Below are positions 40,583 to 53,922 of a stretch of 64,000 bases of DNA, piece after piece (within the stretch, counting starts at the first letter, position 1; each line of letters starts with the position of its first letter). The stretch spans positions 75,020,001 through 75,084,000 of the forward strand of contig OX597819.1 of the NCBI GenBank assembly GCA_951406725.2, written 5' to 3'. The position numbers and the translations under genes are program-made. Below the pieces are notes generated by a model. That model was not told the DNA's origin. It worked only from the letters and a program-made list of their open reading frames with translations, and did no database searches. Source of the DNA: Octopus vulgaris. Its lineage: Eukaryota.

Positions 40583-40797
40583 CCTTTCTACTCTCGGTAC
40601 AGGACCTGAAATTTTTGGGAGGGGGCTAGTCGATTGAATCAACCTCAGTAGTCCACTGGTAATCCTTTTACCGCCTCCGAATGGATGAAAGGCAAAGTCA
40701 ACCTCGGCGAAATTTGAACTTAGAACGTAAGGACAGACGAAGTGTTGCTAAGAAGCATTTTGCCCAGCGTGCTAACGATTCTGTCAGCTCGCCACCT
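40583..40797 (-). mobile_element. SINE family D
   Basis: Homologous to 27218-27449. Confidence 0.8.
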
Positions 40798-40816
40798 TAA
40801 TAATAATGATAATAAT

Positions 40817-41334
40817 AGTGGCTCTCATGGCTTCTGATCTTAACTGATTGGAAGTGTTATCATGTACATTGTTTTGTCTTGGTATAAATGATGGGCTACA
40901 GCAAATTTTCTGCTCAACACCACAAATTTACTTGACCATAACCAGTTGAGCATGTCCCTTAGTGGTTGATGATATGTGCATCTCTGATCACGAGCAGGAA
41001 TAGTTGGGGAGCATCATGTGCTGAGAGGAATTCTTTGGAGTTTGAATAATTTACCTCTGGAAATATGGGTGTTTTGTTCATCATCCTTAAACAAACCTTT
41101 TTCAAGGACTCTTTGAGCGGGATGGGCTACTCGATGTGAAGAAAATTCTAACTGGACCCAACCTGCAAGGTCATGCGCTGTTTATCTTTATATAAGATAA
41201 CCATGTTGCGTACATGTGGTTGTGATGCATGTGCCTGATGTACCCTTATCAGATGGGTAGTCATGATGGGTATATAGGGATTCGTATATTTGTACCCCAG
41301 TGTCACTTAGATGGCATGAGCTGCTTCCTCGCTC
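40817..41334. mobile_element. (AAT)n-anchored repeat copy
   Basis: Aligns end to end with 19122-19656; (AAT)n on both sides. Confidence 0.85.
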
Positions 41335-41423
<89 letters not shown>

Positions 41424-41424
<1 letters not shown>

Positions 41425-41820
41425 CTATTTCTTTATTGCCCACAGGGGACTAAACATGGAAGAGACAAACAAGGACAGACAAAGGGATTAAGTCGATTAC
41501 ATCGACCCCAGTGCGTAACTGGTACTTAATTTATCGACCCCGAAAGGATGAAAGGCAACGTTGACCTCGGCGGAATTTGAACTCAGAACGTAACGGCAGA
41601 CGAAATACCTATTTCTTTACTACCCACAAGGGGCTAAACACAGAGAGGACAAACAAGGACAGACAAACAGATTAAGTCAATTATATCGACCCCAGTGCGT
41701 AACTGGTACTTATTTAACTAACTCCGAAAGAATGAAAGGCAAAGTCGACCTCGACGGAATTTGAACTCAGAACGTAACGGCAGACGAAATACCGCTAAGC
41801 ATTTCACCCGGCGTGCTAAT
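41424..41820 (-). mobile_element. SINE family D, tandem dimer
   Basis: Two ~185 bp direct units (41424-41608 and 41609-41790) under one head. Confidence 0.88.
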
Positions 41821-41892
41821 GATATTAATGTAATATGAATAAAATGTCAATCGTTTTGGTGCGTGACTTTTCGCCTACGCTGTATGTATGTA

Positions 41893-41973
<81 letters not shown>

Positions 41974-43247
41974 GCACATGTTTTAGTGCAGAAAATACAA
42001 GTGGTTGGATGTCGAGGTTATCACATTCTGGAATTATTTCGAATAAAAATCTTTAGTTGAATATTGACGGTTGGTTGAGCTTATGAGTGAAAAGAATATT
42101 GGAAAATATATCAACAGACATTTAACGGGAAAACTATATCAGAGAGTATTCGTCAGGGTGTGATTGTGTGTGTGTGTGTGTGTTTGTCGGCCAAACTACA
42201 GTTCTCTGTGTTTATTATTAGCCCTATGCCACGACCACGCATACACCAACTTATGTTTAATAATAGAACGACAGTGTGTGAAATTACACTTCCTGGAGAA
42301 ACTGTTCGATTTACAATCGATATCCTATTGAATAGTCTGCTGATACCAAATAGCATATACCCCCACTATTAACCCCACCTTACCCCCACTAGCAGCGTCA
42401 TATACATTAAAAAAATAGATCTAACGTCCAACTGTAGCTGTCAGCGTGCATGATATGGGAGCCGGTAAATATCCCTTAAGTAACTAACTTGCTCTAAAAT
42501 AATAAATTTCTCTCACGGAGATAAACAAAGCCTTTACTTTATCGACCGACCTGCTAGAAATATCATGAGTAGCCATATCTCCCTCCCATCACACCCTTCT
42601 CCCGCCTACTTTCTCTTTCTATATACATACAGACATATTGATGTGTGTGTGTGTTGATGTCTGCATGTATTTATGTATGTGTATGTGTTAGTGTGTGTGT
42701 TTACGCACACAAACATCACACATACTAGAGTAGTACCAATAAAAAATGATGGGTTGTATTTTTGTCTCCTTTCAGTAATTCTTAATCTTTCTGCTTCAAA
42801 TCTTGTCTCATTTTGCCTTCATTCAATTAGTCTTTATCCAGTTACTTCGAGCCATGTCTACTTCTCATTCTAACTCACCTCTCCTTAAAATATTTTCTCT
42901 TCCACTTCTCTCAACTCACTGTTTTTCCCTTCCATATTTCTATAAGGTGACAGAAACTGTTTAAAATCAACAACAAAAAGTGACGTGCGACTTAGTCTTT
43001 TACATAGAGAGATATATAGTAATATATATGTGCAGTTGGTATGAATACAATATAGATTTATACATGTATAGTGTGTGATGGGTCAGTGCTGCAGTTATGT
43101 ACGATGTAAGTAAAGAAAACTATTCAAAAAATAAGTTTCCTCCGCGTAACGGAAAATCTAGTTTCGAACTTTCGTATCTACGGAAACTGTAAAGTATAAA
43201 CACTAATTTCGAGTGAATTCTACCAATTAAAAATAACCCCAAAAAAC

Positions 43248-43712
43248 TAGGATCTTTTCAATCTCAGTCAGAGATTTTTTAATTAATTTTTTTTTAGCTA
43301 AACAGTTTGAAACTTCGTATACTGTTTGAATGTGTCACATAGAACACGGTTTACTCTTTACGTTTTTGGCAAAATGTTGTATTTTAGAAGTTATTTCTGT
43401 TAAAGTTGTCATATTTGGGTAATTTTAACCAGCCAATGGCGTGTATCCAGCCGAAGAAAGTTACTGCTGTTTGCGAAAGTAATGGAAGAGCAACAACATC
43501 CAGGTCGTCTGTTTTGGACGCTGCATACATGTATGTACGTAAATACACAGACATATGTATACGTATGCACACACACACACACACACTAATACATACATAC
43601 ACATGCAACTTTTAGAACCCTGAGGAAAGGAAAGGGACGTGGGTGTGAGGAATATATAGCATTAAGGAGGGAGGTGGATTTTGAAGTTGACGACGGTTGT
43701 TCATGCTGTCCA

Positions 43713-43757
<45 letters not shown>

Positions 43758-44382
43758 CACACATATGTAAAGCTGATAAATGGAAGCAAGGAAAATGAGA
43801 GGGTTTAATAAATTAATATGCAGTGGCGGGAGTTGGTAAGTTTAAATAAGCTGTCGTTCAGATCGTCAACACACCACCTCTTTCTTCGTTCTCTCTCTCT
43901 TTCTCTTTCTCTCTTTCTCTACGATTTGCTGAAAATAACAACCAAATCTCTCTCAACGTCACACGCTAACATTATATAAACGAGAGGACACATTGGATAA
44001 GATGGAAAAAAATCACACGCGCACACACGTATGTATTCCCTATAAAAGAACTTTGTTTTTCTCACCCACCTTTTTTATCTTTTATATTTTTCTCTCCCCC
44101 CACTCTCTTTCATGACCCAATGACCCAGAAGTTGTTGCTCTTCCATTACTTTCGCAAACAGCAGTAATTTTCTTCGGCTGAATACACGTCACTGATTGGT
44201 TAAAATTAACCAAATACGACAACTTTAGCACGAAATAACTTCTAAAATACAAAATTTTGTCAAACAAATTAAGAGTAAACCGTGTTCTACGTGACATATT
44301 CAGTCAGTATCCGAAGTTTCAAACTGTTTAGTTAAAAAAAAAATTAATTTAAAAATCTCTGATTGAGATTGAAAATATCCAG
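43248..44382. mobile_element. Long inverted repeat pair (~260 bp arms, ~615 bp spacer); foldback-type DNA element or two opposed copies
   Basis: 43248-43506 is an imperfect reverse complement of 44122-44382 (e.g. TTACTGCTGTTTGCGAAAGTAATGGAAGAGCAACAAC). Confidence 0.85.
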
Positions 44383-44869
44383 AAACGTATATCACAATAC
44401 TATAAAAGTATAAAAAATACTTCTTTATTTTAAATTAACAGAAATTATTTCAAATATATTTCTCGTAATTTTTCTGTCATCAGTCTCTGTACATTTTTGT
44501 TGCTGATAAGCTATCACTTCAGTTCTTTGTCTAATAAATTTTTTTCATTTTCTCTTGACATTCTTGCTAACACCTCCTCGTTTTCTACCCTCCCCACTTT
44601 ATTTGCGTGTGTGCGTCAATGCAACTGACCAATTAGTTTTGCTACTAATGTTAATCATAGAATACTTGTCCCCACATTCCACAACTCTCACCCTTCAGCA
44701 TTACTCCGCTACCTAGTTTTATTTTCTCATTTCCACTAGTCTTGCCAATGTACATCTCTATTTGTTTGGACTCTGATGCTTTTACTAACGGTATAAGGTC
44801 TTGTCTATCGTCGCCACTTAATGTATTTTAAAAATTTTGATACTGGAGAAAAACTTAGCTGTTTTGTAA

Positions 44870-45731
44870 AATCATTCTAGTTTGTAATGTCTGCAGTGAG
44901 AACAAAAGGTGATTATAAAGACGAAATTAGAAACAACTCTTCCATTATATGTTCACGCATTTAGCAGAGTAACTATCTCAGTAGCTAACATTTTTTTCTC
45001 AAATAGATCTGATATGAAATAGTTCTTGAGTGTATGGATCAATGACCACACTAAATATAATGTACCTGTAAACACGATGGTGATTCAAGCCAGAGTTTAA
45101 AGTTTGTATGACGCTTTGCAAAGAAAAGTGCAACTTCAGATGCAAAACTTTTTCTGGATGATAGTAGCTGGCCTGAAATGTTTAAATTGCACAGCATTAA
45201 AATGACGCGTGAAGCGCCTCTTGAGAGGCCGAAAAAAGTGATTGCTCAAGGAAGCCACAGACCTGAACAAAAATACAAAATTGATGTGTCTGGTTTATAT
45301 GGAAACGCAAACAAGCGTTTTTTATAATTCTAGTGAAGGAAAATTGCTGTGAGCTTTTAACATTTTCTAAATTTGTCTTGTTAGAGGAAAATTGCAAGGT
45401 TATATGATATTAAACTCCCTTATGTATCACCCGCAAAATTTAAGAGCTTTCAAGAATTATGCTAAGTTTAATCTAGCCATGATTTGGCTTTAAAATAAAA
45501 AGGCTTCGATGTCTATGAGTCATTTGCACCATTGATTTACAAATTTGGTCTGCTGTAGAAAGGTATTGTATCAGACGTAATATTTCCATTAAAGTGTTGC
45601 TCTCTTTAGACAATGCACCAAAGCACTGAGTGAACTTAAATGATCTTTCTGATAATATGAGAGTGGAATATAGTCCCCAAAATATAACTATTTTTGCTCT
45701 AGTCAATAGATCAACGTGTGATAGCTAACTT

Positions 45732-45735
<4 letters not shown>
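44870..45735 (+). pseudogene. Tigger/pogo (CENP-B HTH + DDE_1) transposase remnant
   Basis: Broken frames give WINDH..YNVPVNTMVIQAR, DVSGL, YHPQNLRAFKN, KVLLSLDNAPKH, DQRVIANFK. Confidence 0.8.
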
Positions 45736-45765
<30 letters not shown>

Positions 45766-45790
45766 GGGGGGGTGTATGTATGTATATATA

Positions 45791-46077
45791 CAGTGGCGGA
45801 CTGGGTCTAAAAACTATTGGTTGCCAGGAGACTAAGGGTGCCCATCCGCAACTACAATACCATCATTTAATTTTTTTTAAAAAGTATTCTTTTCAATTGT
45901 CTACAAACACAGCCAGGCAGAAATAATTAATGTATTCTTCCAGGTATGCATAAACAATTCTCAAACGTGAGGCGATGGGCTCCTTAAATACTAACACGGG
46001 TCCCCATAAATGGATTCTCATGGCGCAGGGGCCTACTTGCCAACGAGTATGCTGGCAATCTGGCCAGTCCGCCTCTA
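45791..46077. mobile_element. hAT-like MITE
   Basis: TIRs CAGTGGCGGACTGG / CCAGTCCGCCTCTA within (TA)n. Confidence 0.75.
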
Positions 46078-46089
46078 TATATATATATA

Positions 46090-46283
46090 TTACAGACAAG
46101 AAAGTAAATTTTGAACAGTGTAGCTGTGAAAACAGCAGAAAGATTGGATATTTTTTTACCCTTATAAGACGGAAAAAAGTTGCCAGCAGGCGGCCATCTT
46201 ATAAGGGTAAAAAAAAAAAATACCCAAAATTTCAGCTGTTTCCACAGCTATACTGCGTTTGAAATTTACTGTCTTGTCTGTAA
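46090..46283. repeat. Imperfect palindrome (~85 bp arms, ~20 nt loop)
   Basis: TTACAGACAAGAAAGTAAATTT...TTTACCCTTATAAGA versus TCTTATAAGGGTAAA...AAATTTACTGTCTTGTCTGTAA. Confidence 0.85.
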
Positions 46284-46768
46284 AATACCATATATGTAAT
46301 TGCTATTTTTACAAACATAAGAAATTGTTTTCTTTAAATATTACAAAATGAAAAGAAACCGATAGCAACGAAAACACAGATTCATAGCACAGTTAAAGTA
46401 AGGCGGGCGGACGGAGCAGACTTTCTAACTAACACGCATTGAATAATGCATTATGTTGTACTATTCGAGAGTGGGTGGCGGAAAGTGATTTGAAGGATAT
46501 ATGCCTTGTGATATTTATTTCTGTTCGAGTTACGTCAAGGTCGACTTTTGTCTTTCGTCCCGCCCGAAGCCGATAAAATAAGCTTTACACAAAGCACTGA
46601 GACCAGTATAATTCGCTAAAACACTTGTAGGCGATTCCTAAGCATGGCTGCGTTCCAGTATTTGAAAGCAATAAAAGAACAATTATGCTATGCGTAAGTG
46701 TGCGTGTGTGTGTGTTCTCACATATGTATACATATATGTGTGTGTGTATGTATATTTGTATGTGTGCA

Positions 46769-46827
<59 letters not shown>

Positions 46828-46959
46828 GTATATGTGTGTATAGATATTTGCGTTTCCATTTTTTATTGCCCATAAATATAGAAAAATATTTAACCAAAAT
46901 TACACTTAGCTATGCCACCAGAGGTAGTTTCTCGAAAACAATGTTGTCAATTAACAATA

Positions 46960-47032
<73 letters not shown>

Positions 47033-47246
47033 GAATTGAATTATTCCAATGGCAAGATTAGTAAAATTCAAACTTGTAATTGTCTTAAACCCGATGCGTT
47101 TCCGCTTTTTAAGAATTGTCTTTCAAAATCCACCATTGGCTGTTGAATCAAATATTTACCTTAAGGGAATCATATACATTCATACATATACATAACCATT
47201 AACCTATTAAAGTTAAATTCAACCAACATTTATTTCGAAATAATCC

Positions 47247-48629
47247 TTGAACAAAATAATGGAAACACCTTAACATTTCAGACAAATTTATTTTAATCTG
47301 GGGTAGGACCGCCTTTGGCAGTAATTACAGCTTGTATTCTACGAGGTATGGACTCGTACAAAGTTTAAATTGTTTCGAAAGGAAGTTTTGTCCATTCTTC
47401 AGCTAAAACAGTCTCCAGTTCTGGTAGTGATGATGGTAGAGGATATCGACTCTTTATTTGTTTTTCTAAAATGCATCATAAATGTTAAATAATATTGAGA
47501 TCTGGGGACTGTGGTGTCCAGATAAGATGTTCAACTTCACTAGAATCTCCTCGTGCCATTCAGTAACAACTTTAGCTGTGTGTGAACTGGTGCATTATCA
47601 TCCTGAAAGATTGCGTTTCCTTCCGGAAACAGTTCCGCAATCATAGGATGAATTTGATCAGATAAAATGCTTAAATAGACTTGACTGTTTATTCTGCCAT
47701 GAAGGGAAACCATTGGGCTGGCGGATCCCCCCTCCCCCGCTCATCACAGATCCTCCTCCATGTTTAACAGTTGGAAGAATGCAGTCTGGGTCAAATGCTT
47801 CTTTTGGCTGTTTCCACACGTATACTCGGCAGGTGGTTGGAAATAAGGTAAAGAATGACTCGTCCGAGAAAATAACATTCTTCCACTATTCCAGGGACCA
47901 ATTCTGTAGGTTTTTGCTCCACTCTAAACGCTTTGAAACAATTGTTTTTGAAGTAGTGCTTTTCTAGTTGCAGCCCTCTCGTGAAATCTGGCTTTGTGCA
48001 GCTCCCGGCGACAGCTTTTGCGGAAATTAGGTTCTTGAGGTGGTCATTAAGCTCTGCAGTAATTTTGGGAGAAGTACTTTTGTGATCCTTTCTTACAATT
48101 CACGTAAGAGTCCGATAGTCTCTATCTGAAAGTTTTGGTTTTCTTCTGGAGTTTTGTTTCAATGAGTAGGTTTTTCCTTCTTTCTCAAAGGCTGTCATCA
48201 CTTTCGAGACAGCACTTCTTGATACACCAAACATTTCGGCTGTTTTCGTTATGCTAGCACCTGTCATACGAGCACCAACAATTAGACCTCTTTGAAATGA
48301 ATTTTAAGGAATTTTAAGGAATTTTAAGGAATTTTAATTACCTTCTTCTGTTGATATCTGAAAAGAAACAGCAATTTTAGCAAAACATATTAAGCAACAC
48401 TAATAATATATAAAAACATAAAAATAAACAAGCTTTTGATGGTTTTATAGATAGGTGCAGGAGTGGCTGTGTGGTAAGTAGCTTGCTTACCAACAACATG
48501 ATTCCGGGTTCAGTCCCACTGCGTGACACCTTGGGTAAGTGATTTCTACTATAGCTTCGGACCGACCAAAGCCTTGTGAGTGGATTTCGTAGACAGAAAC
48601 TGAAAACCCGTCGTATATATGTTTATATG

Positions 48630-48709
<80 letters not shown>

Positions 48710-48977
48710 TGTGTGTGTCTGTGTTTGTCCCCCCAATATCGCTTGACAACCGATGCTGGTGCGTTTACGTCCCCGAAACTTAGCGGTTCGGCAAAAAGAG
48801 ACCGATAGAATAAGTACTAGGCTTACAAAGAAAAGTCATGGGGTCGATTTGCTCGACTAAAGGTGGTACTCCAGCATGGCTGCAGTCAAATGACTGAAAC
48901 AAGTAAAAGAGCAAAAATTATTTCAAAATTATGATGCTTATGATGCTAGGTGTTTCCATTATTTTGTCCAACCCCTA
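47247..48977 (-). mobile_element. Tc1-like transposon, transposase pseudogene, with a nested SINE
   Basis: TIR core ACAAAATAATGGAAACACCT at both ends; FQRGLIVGARMTGASITKTA, FSDES, FQDDNAP, PQSPDLNI, GGPTP. Confidence 0.92.
48452..48912 (+). mobile_element. SINE family A inserted in the Tc1 5' region
   Basis: AGGTGCAGGAGTGGCTGTGTGG...GGGTTCAGTCCC...(TG)n...AATGACTGAAACAAGTAAAAG. Confidence 0.92.
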
Positions 48978-49587
48978 TATATAGACATTTAAAAACCGTC
49001 TACCACCCAGCATCATCATCAGAAGGAGGCCAACTACCAGCACTATGTGAGTTTAGTGAGAAAAACATGTGAACTTCCAATACTAATATCATGAGAGATT
49101 AATCTAATTTATTTAAATATATTTTCCCTTCTCTTAAAGCACGCTTAAATGGGCTTTAAAACAATTGAAACCGGTAACATGTTTTAATAAAAATGTAAAT
49201 ATTCTCTTTTATTTTTGATAAAGTTTTCAAAACATAATTTTTTAAAAAGCTTTTTTGTGGTTGCCACCGGATTATATAAATCCATATAATGTGCATTAAA
49301 TTTATATATATATTCTGTGAGACCAAAAGTATAAACGTGTTCTTTACAACTTCATGTTAGAACTATGATGTAGGATCTGATCTATGTTTATGTTTGTGAT
49401 TTAAGCAAGCATTATATAAGTCTAACCATGATTTCGTTCAGACGATTGAGTATACATGCCAGCGAGGTGCAAAGTACTGAAGAAATGCAATTATCTTTTT
49501 ACTTTCAAAACTGTTGATATGTACGGCAGACGGACCGAACGACACTGCTGTTTGAATGAAGCAGCCCCTGATCATCTCATATAAATT

Positions 49588-49675
<88 letters not shown>

Positions 49676-51145
49676 CGCACGCACACACACACACGCACAC
49701 ACATGTTGACGTCATAAAAATTTCGAGAGAACGTGAAATAATTCCTTTTGGGAATAGTGAAACTCGAATTAACGAATCTATAAATAACATCGTGTAAATA
49801 TTGGGTTTAAAATGCCTTTGGGTAAAAAGAAGTGTGTGTGTGTGTGCTTAACGCTATGGAAAACAGAGATAGATAACGACTTTAGCGATTTTTTTTTTGA
49901 ATTAGCTAAAACATTTGACTAGAAGGTTTTAAGTATTTATGACATGTATATAATAGCTGTGATGCGATTATTATCAACGTGTTGTTAACTTTCAGATAGA
50001 GGAAATGCTTTCCTTTTCTTTTTCTTCTTGTTTTTAGCTTTATTAATATTTCCAGGGTGTTTTATGATTCTTCCAGGCGGTTTAACAACGTTATAAGAAT
50101 TCTGTGTTTCTTTTTCTCTTCTTTGTGTATGTATGGGTGTGTGGTGGTAGTGGTGGCGGTGGTAGTAGGGGGTGAGGTATTTAAATTTTACTGTTTCAAG
50201 TATTTCATGTATTGTGTTTGATATATTTTTGAAGAATGAAACAATAAAAAAGCATTTTTGTTGATTTTTATTTGCATGTGTGTTGAGGAGGGGTGGCTTT
50301 GCTGATTGTATTTATATCCTGGTTTAAGCTTTAACCAAGATGTTATAGCATAAATATTAAATACTTAAACTTTTTCAGATATCCGTTGAAGAGTGATAAA
50401 AGTTGTTTCTGTATAAGCCGGAGTTTTTTGTATTTATGCATTTATCTGGTCCCACGAGTGCCATATTAGAGAGTTTCTATAGCATTTATATTCATTGATA
50501 TTTAACCGGATTAAAATATAAGATAACAATGAAATCGATACAGAATAGTTGCAACTGAACGTGTTAGTAGATATTGAATTTGCATATTTACATATTTACA
50601 GCCAATGGGTAAACGCTTGTGTCGCTTTCACCGGTGCTGTATTGCATCCAGTGACCGTTTCCTAAACTCTTAACACTTATTAGCGTTGTCCACCAAATAG
50701 AAAATGCTTGAAAACACACATGTTTAGTTTTCGTTCCTGTTTGAGTCAATAAAGAAGCAGATGTGCGGTCGCTTTGTTAAAAATTGCAGTCAAGACTCCT
50801 CCAAGTCATATGTTATCATTTACTATCTTAAGTAGATTGGTATATCTGGGGAACACATATTCATTGAATGATATCTGCCACTTGATTCTAAGTAATTTGA
50901 GTGTGCTAAATACGAATTTCAACTCGGCTTAGCTTTATCAGTTCCTGATTCTTGTCAGCAACCTATGTGTAATTTTCCAGATTTTTCAAATTAGGACAAA
51001 AAAGTTAAGTGACGTGTTCAAATTTATTTTCAAGTTTCATGAATACAAGCAGTTCAAACTACTGTGAAATTACATTAGAACGATAGAAATGACTTGAAAG
51101 AAAAATAATAAAGAGATATGAAGCTTTCAGTCGGGCAAAAATTTT

Positions 51146-52495
51146 AAGACTTTCTAGCGTATTTGCTTGTTGATGGCAAGTCTCTTTTCAAGCAACAACA
51201 GAAATCCGCCATCATGTGGGAATCCCAGCGTCCCTAGTACCGTTCCTCCATAATTTTGATACCCTGGTGGAATCTCTCCTCTTGTTCGTAACTTACAGCA
51301 GCTAAATTCCTTGGAAATTAGTCAAGATAGCTATTCAAAAAATGCATTTTTATGCTCATGTTGATACCTAACTTTTTGTAGTCTTTTAGAAGTTATTTTA
51401 CGACTTCTTCGTAGATATCTGCGCTATAATTGCCTAAAAAGTTCTCTATCAAGTCCACGAATGGGAACTAGGCATTTTTCTTTCGCGTTCATGCATGACA
51501 TTAGGAAAATCGCAGTCTTTAATTAATGTTCTTATTTGTGAACCGTCGAAAATTACCACCTTGATTTTTTCATAACTCAAACTTGGAAATTTTGAAGTTA
51601 TGTATTTGAAACACTTACCATTTGTATCAAAAGTTTTTACATATTGTTTAATGAGGCCTAGTTTGATATGCAGAGGAGGAAATATGATTTTTATCTCTGT
51701 CACTAAGGATGGATTAATTACGTTTTTCTCTCCGACAGTATGTAATGTTCGAGCTGGCCAGGTTTGTTTGAAATCATGTTCTTCCTTGGCTTTGCTGTCC
51801 CATAAGCAAAGGACAAAGGGGTATTTACTATACCCTGCTCTCTATAAGATTTAAAACCTTTTCTATATGTTCATACTTTTCTTTTAATTTTGTTGAGTGC
51901 CCAGTCGGATCGAGCCGTATACATTGCCATTGTGCAACAACACACACTTAAAACTTCTTTCGACCAGTCTAAAAACAAGCGCCAATCATTTGCATCGTAA
52001 GACTCAACCCCCATCTCCTGTAACAAAGTACGTATGTCGCAGCAATATACTAAACTATTTCCTGTTTTAAAATATTTAAGAAGTTCTCTGTAAAATGTAA
52101 TATATGTGTTTGAAGTAAGCAAATTTTTCTCTCTAAGTCATAAAGCTAAAATTTGCGCTTTGGCAAATTTAGATCCCTTACAAGATCATTCAACTCGGCT
52201 TGGTTACACTTTTGTGGATCATTTTGACTTTCAAATACGCTGGGGTCAAAATCGGTGTCAAACTCCTCAGAGTGCATAACAAATTTTTCTAGAACATTTT
52301 CAACTAATTCTTCAGGTGGCAGACTCTTAAATATTGGAATGGAGATTTCATTTGAATGTAACACAGGTCGTATCGCGGTGCCGAAATTTGCGTACTCAAT
52401 TCAATGTTTATTTTTCTTAGTGAAGACCGAATAAAATTAGGACCTGATAGAGCAAAACCGAGTAAAATAATCGTGCTCAACGTACCCCAGTAACC
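51146..52495 (-). pseudogene. DNA transposase remnant, probably CMC-Chapaev3
   Basis: NQAELNDLVRDLNL, WRLFLD.SK, PPLHIKLGLIKQYVK, IFDGSQIR, EQEERFHQ.IKIMEERY*GRWD..MMADFC. Family name is from recall of these motifs. A possible terminus lies near 50844. Confidence 0.75.
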
Positions 52496-52924
52496 TAGAA
52501 CTAACCATCAAATCTAATTCAAAAGACAAAAAATTGAGCTTTGTTCCCTATGATCGTTAGATGTTTTCATGAGCCTTCATGTTTACTGTTAATATTTTTA
52601 AATCCGGTCGATGGAATATTAAGTTTGCCATAGGAAAGTAGTACTAACACCTAATATTATCTTGAGAGACGAAAATACAACAGTTCAGAGCCGCATGTTG
52701 GCCATCGTTAGTTTAGAAATATGATAATTCTTTAGCAAAGGGTCTTTCTATTTAACTAGTGGAAGAAATCGCCTTCAAAATCGTAGACCTATGCCAACTG
52801 GTCCACTTAGAACGTTTTCTCAACACGGGCCTCGTCTTAAAATGTGGTGTTGACGATAGTCCTAAGCATAAACAATAAACGGATTTTTTCCCCTTAGAAT
52901 AAACTATGTGAAGCCTTTCGTGTA

Positions 52925-53298
52925 CAGCCGCAGGCATGGCTATGTGATAAGAAGCTTGATCCAAAACCACTTAGTTCCGGTTTCCGTCCCACAGCGTGGC
53001 ACCTTGAGCAAGTATCTTCTACAATTGCCACGGGCCGACCAAAGCCTTATGAGTGGATTTGATAGACGGAATCTGAAATAAGCCCATCTAATGTTGTGTG
53101 TGTGCTTTTCCCCACCCCCGCCTAATCGGTATTAGTTTGTTTACGTCTCGGTAACTTAGCAATTCAGCAAAAGAGGCCGATAGAATAAGTACTAGGCTTT
53201 AAAAAGAAGCACTAAGATCGATTTGTTCGACTAAACCCTTCAAAGCGATCCCCCAGATTGACCACGGGTCAAAGACTAAAACAAATAAAAGATAAAAG
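52925..53298 (+). mobile_element. SINE family A, diverged
   Basis: GCAGGCATGGCTATGTG...GGCACCTTGAGCAAG...GATAGAATAAGTACTAGGCTT...AAAAGATAAAAGAT. Confidence 0.8.
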
Positions 53299-53710
53299 AT
53301 TCTATGTGATAGAGAACCTGTATTCCGTTGGATGGCATTTCATGTTTCTTCCAACAGCAAATTATAACAACAATCTATTTTCTGTGGGTTTGCACCTTGC
53401 ATATCACAAATTAAAAACCCATATGCTATTTTTGATTTGTGACGCATTGTGGATCAAATCTAAAAAATATTTTTGAAGTTAAAAATACGGAAAAATATAA
53501 AAAAACTAATAGCTTCTTTCTTTATCTTATTAATCATACTTGTGTATAACAAAATTATAAAAAACGTATTTTTTTCAAGAAGCTCACGCATTAATTCTAG
53601 ATTTTCGAATTATATTTAAAAAGAAAATGCTATGCACCAAGATACCTCCTGCGGTGCACAATTATATACTGGTGTTTCACAACGTGTAGTTCTTCTATTA
53701 ATAACATTGT

Positions 53711-53902
53711 TTCCGTCGAATAGCAACTTACAGGCCGTCTGTTAAAAACCTGTATTCCGTTGGATAACGACATATATTCTCTCAGATAGCAGCCTACATT
53801 CCGTCTGTTAGCAATCCGTCACATAATATTATATGTTTCGTCTGTTAGCAACCTATCAACGCGTTAGTTAGCAACTTGTATTTCGTCATATAGCAACCTA
53901 TA
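53711..53902. repeat. Degenerate 22-bp minisatellite, ~8 units
   Basis: Units start at 53711, 53733, 53755, 53777, 53799, 53836, 53858, 53881. Consensus ~TTCCGTCNGWTAGCAACCTRTA. Confidence 0.8.
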
Positions 53903-53922
53903 TTGGGCTGGTTTATAACTTA

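Noticed and set aside
49706-49713. CRE site TGACGTCA as promoter evidence (also ~28866)
   Set aside because: An 8-mer is expected by chance in 64 kb, and there is no supporting gene start.
53711-53902. CRISPR-like array
   Set aside because: Units are contiguous and degenerate with no unique spacers, in a eukaryotic context with no cas genes.
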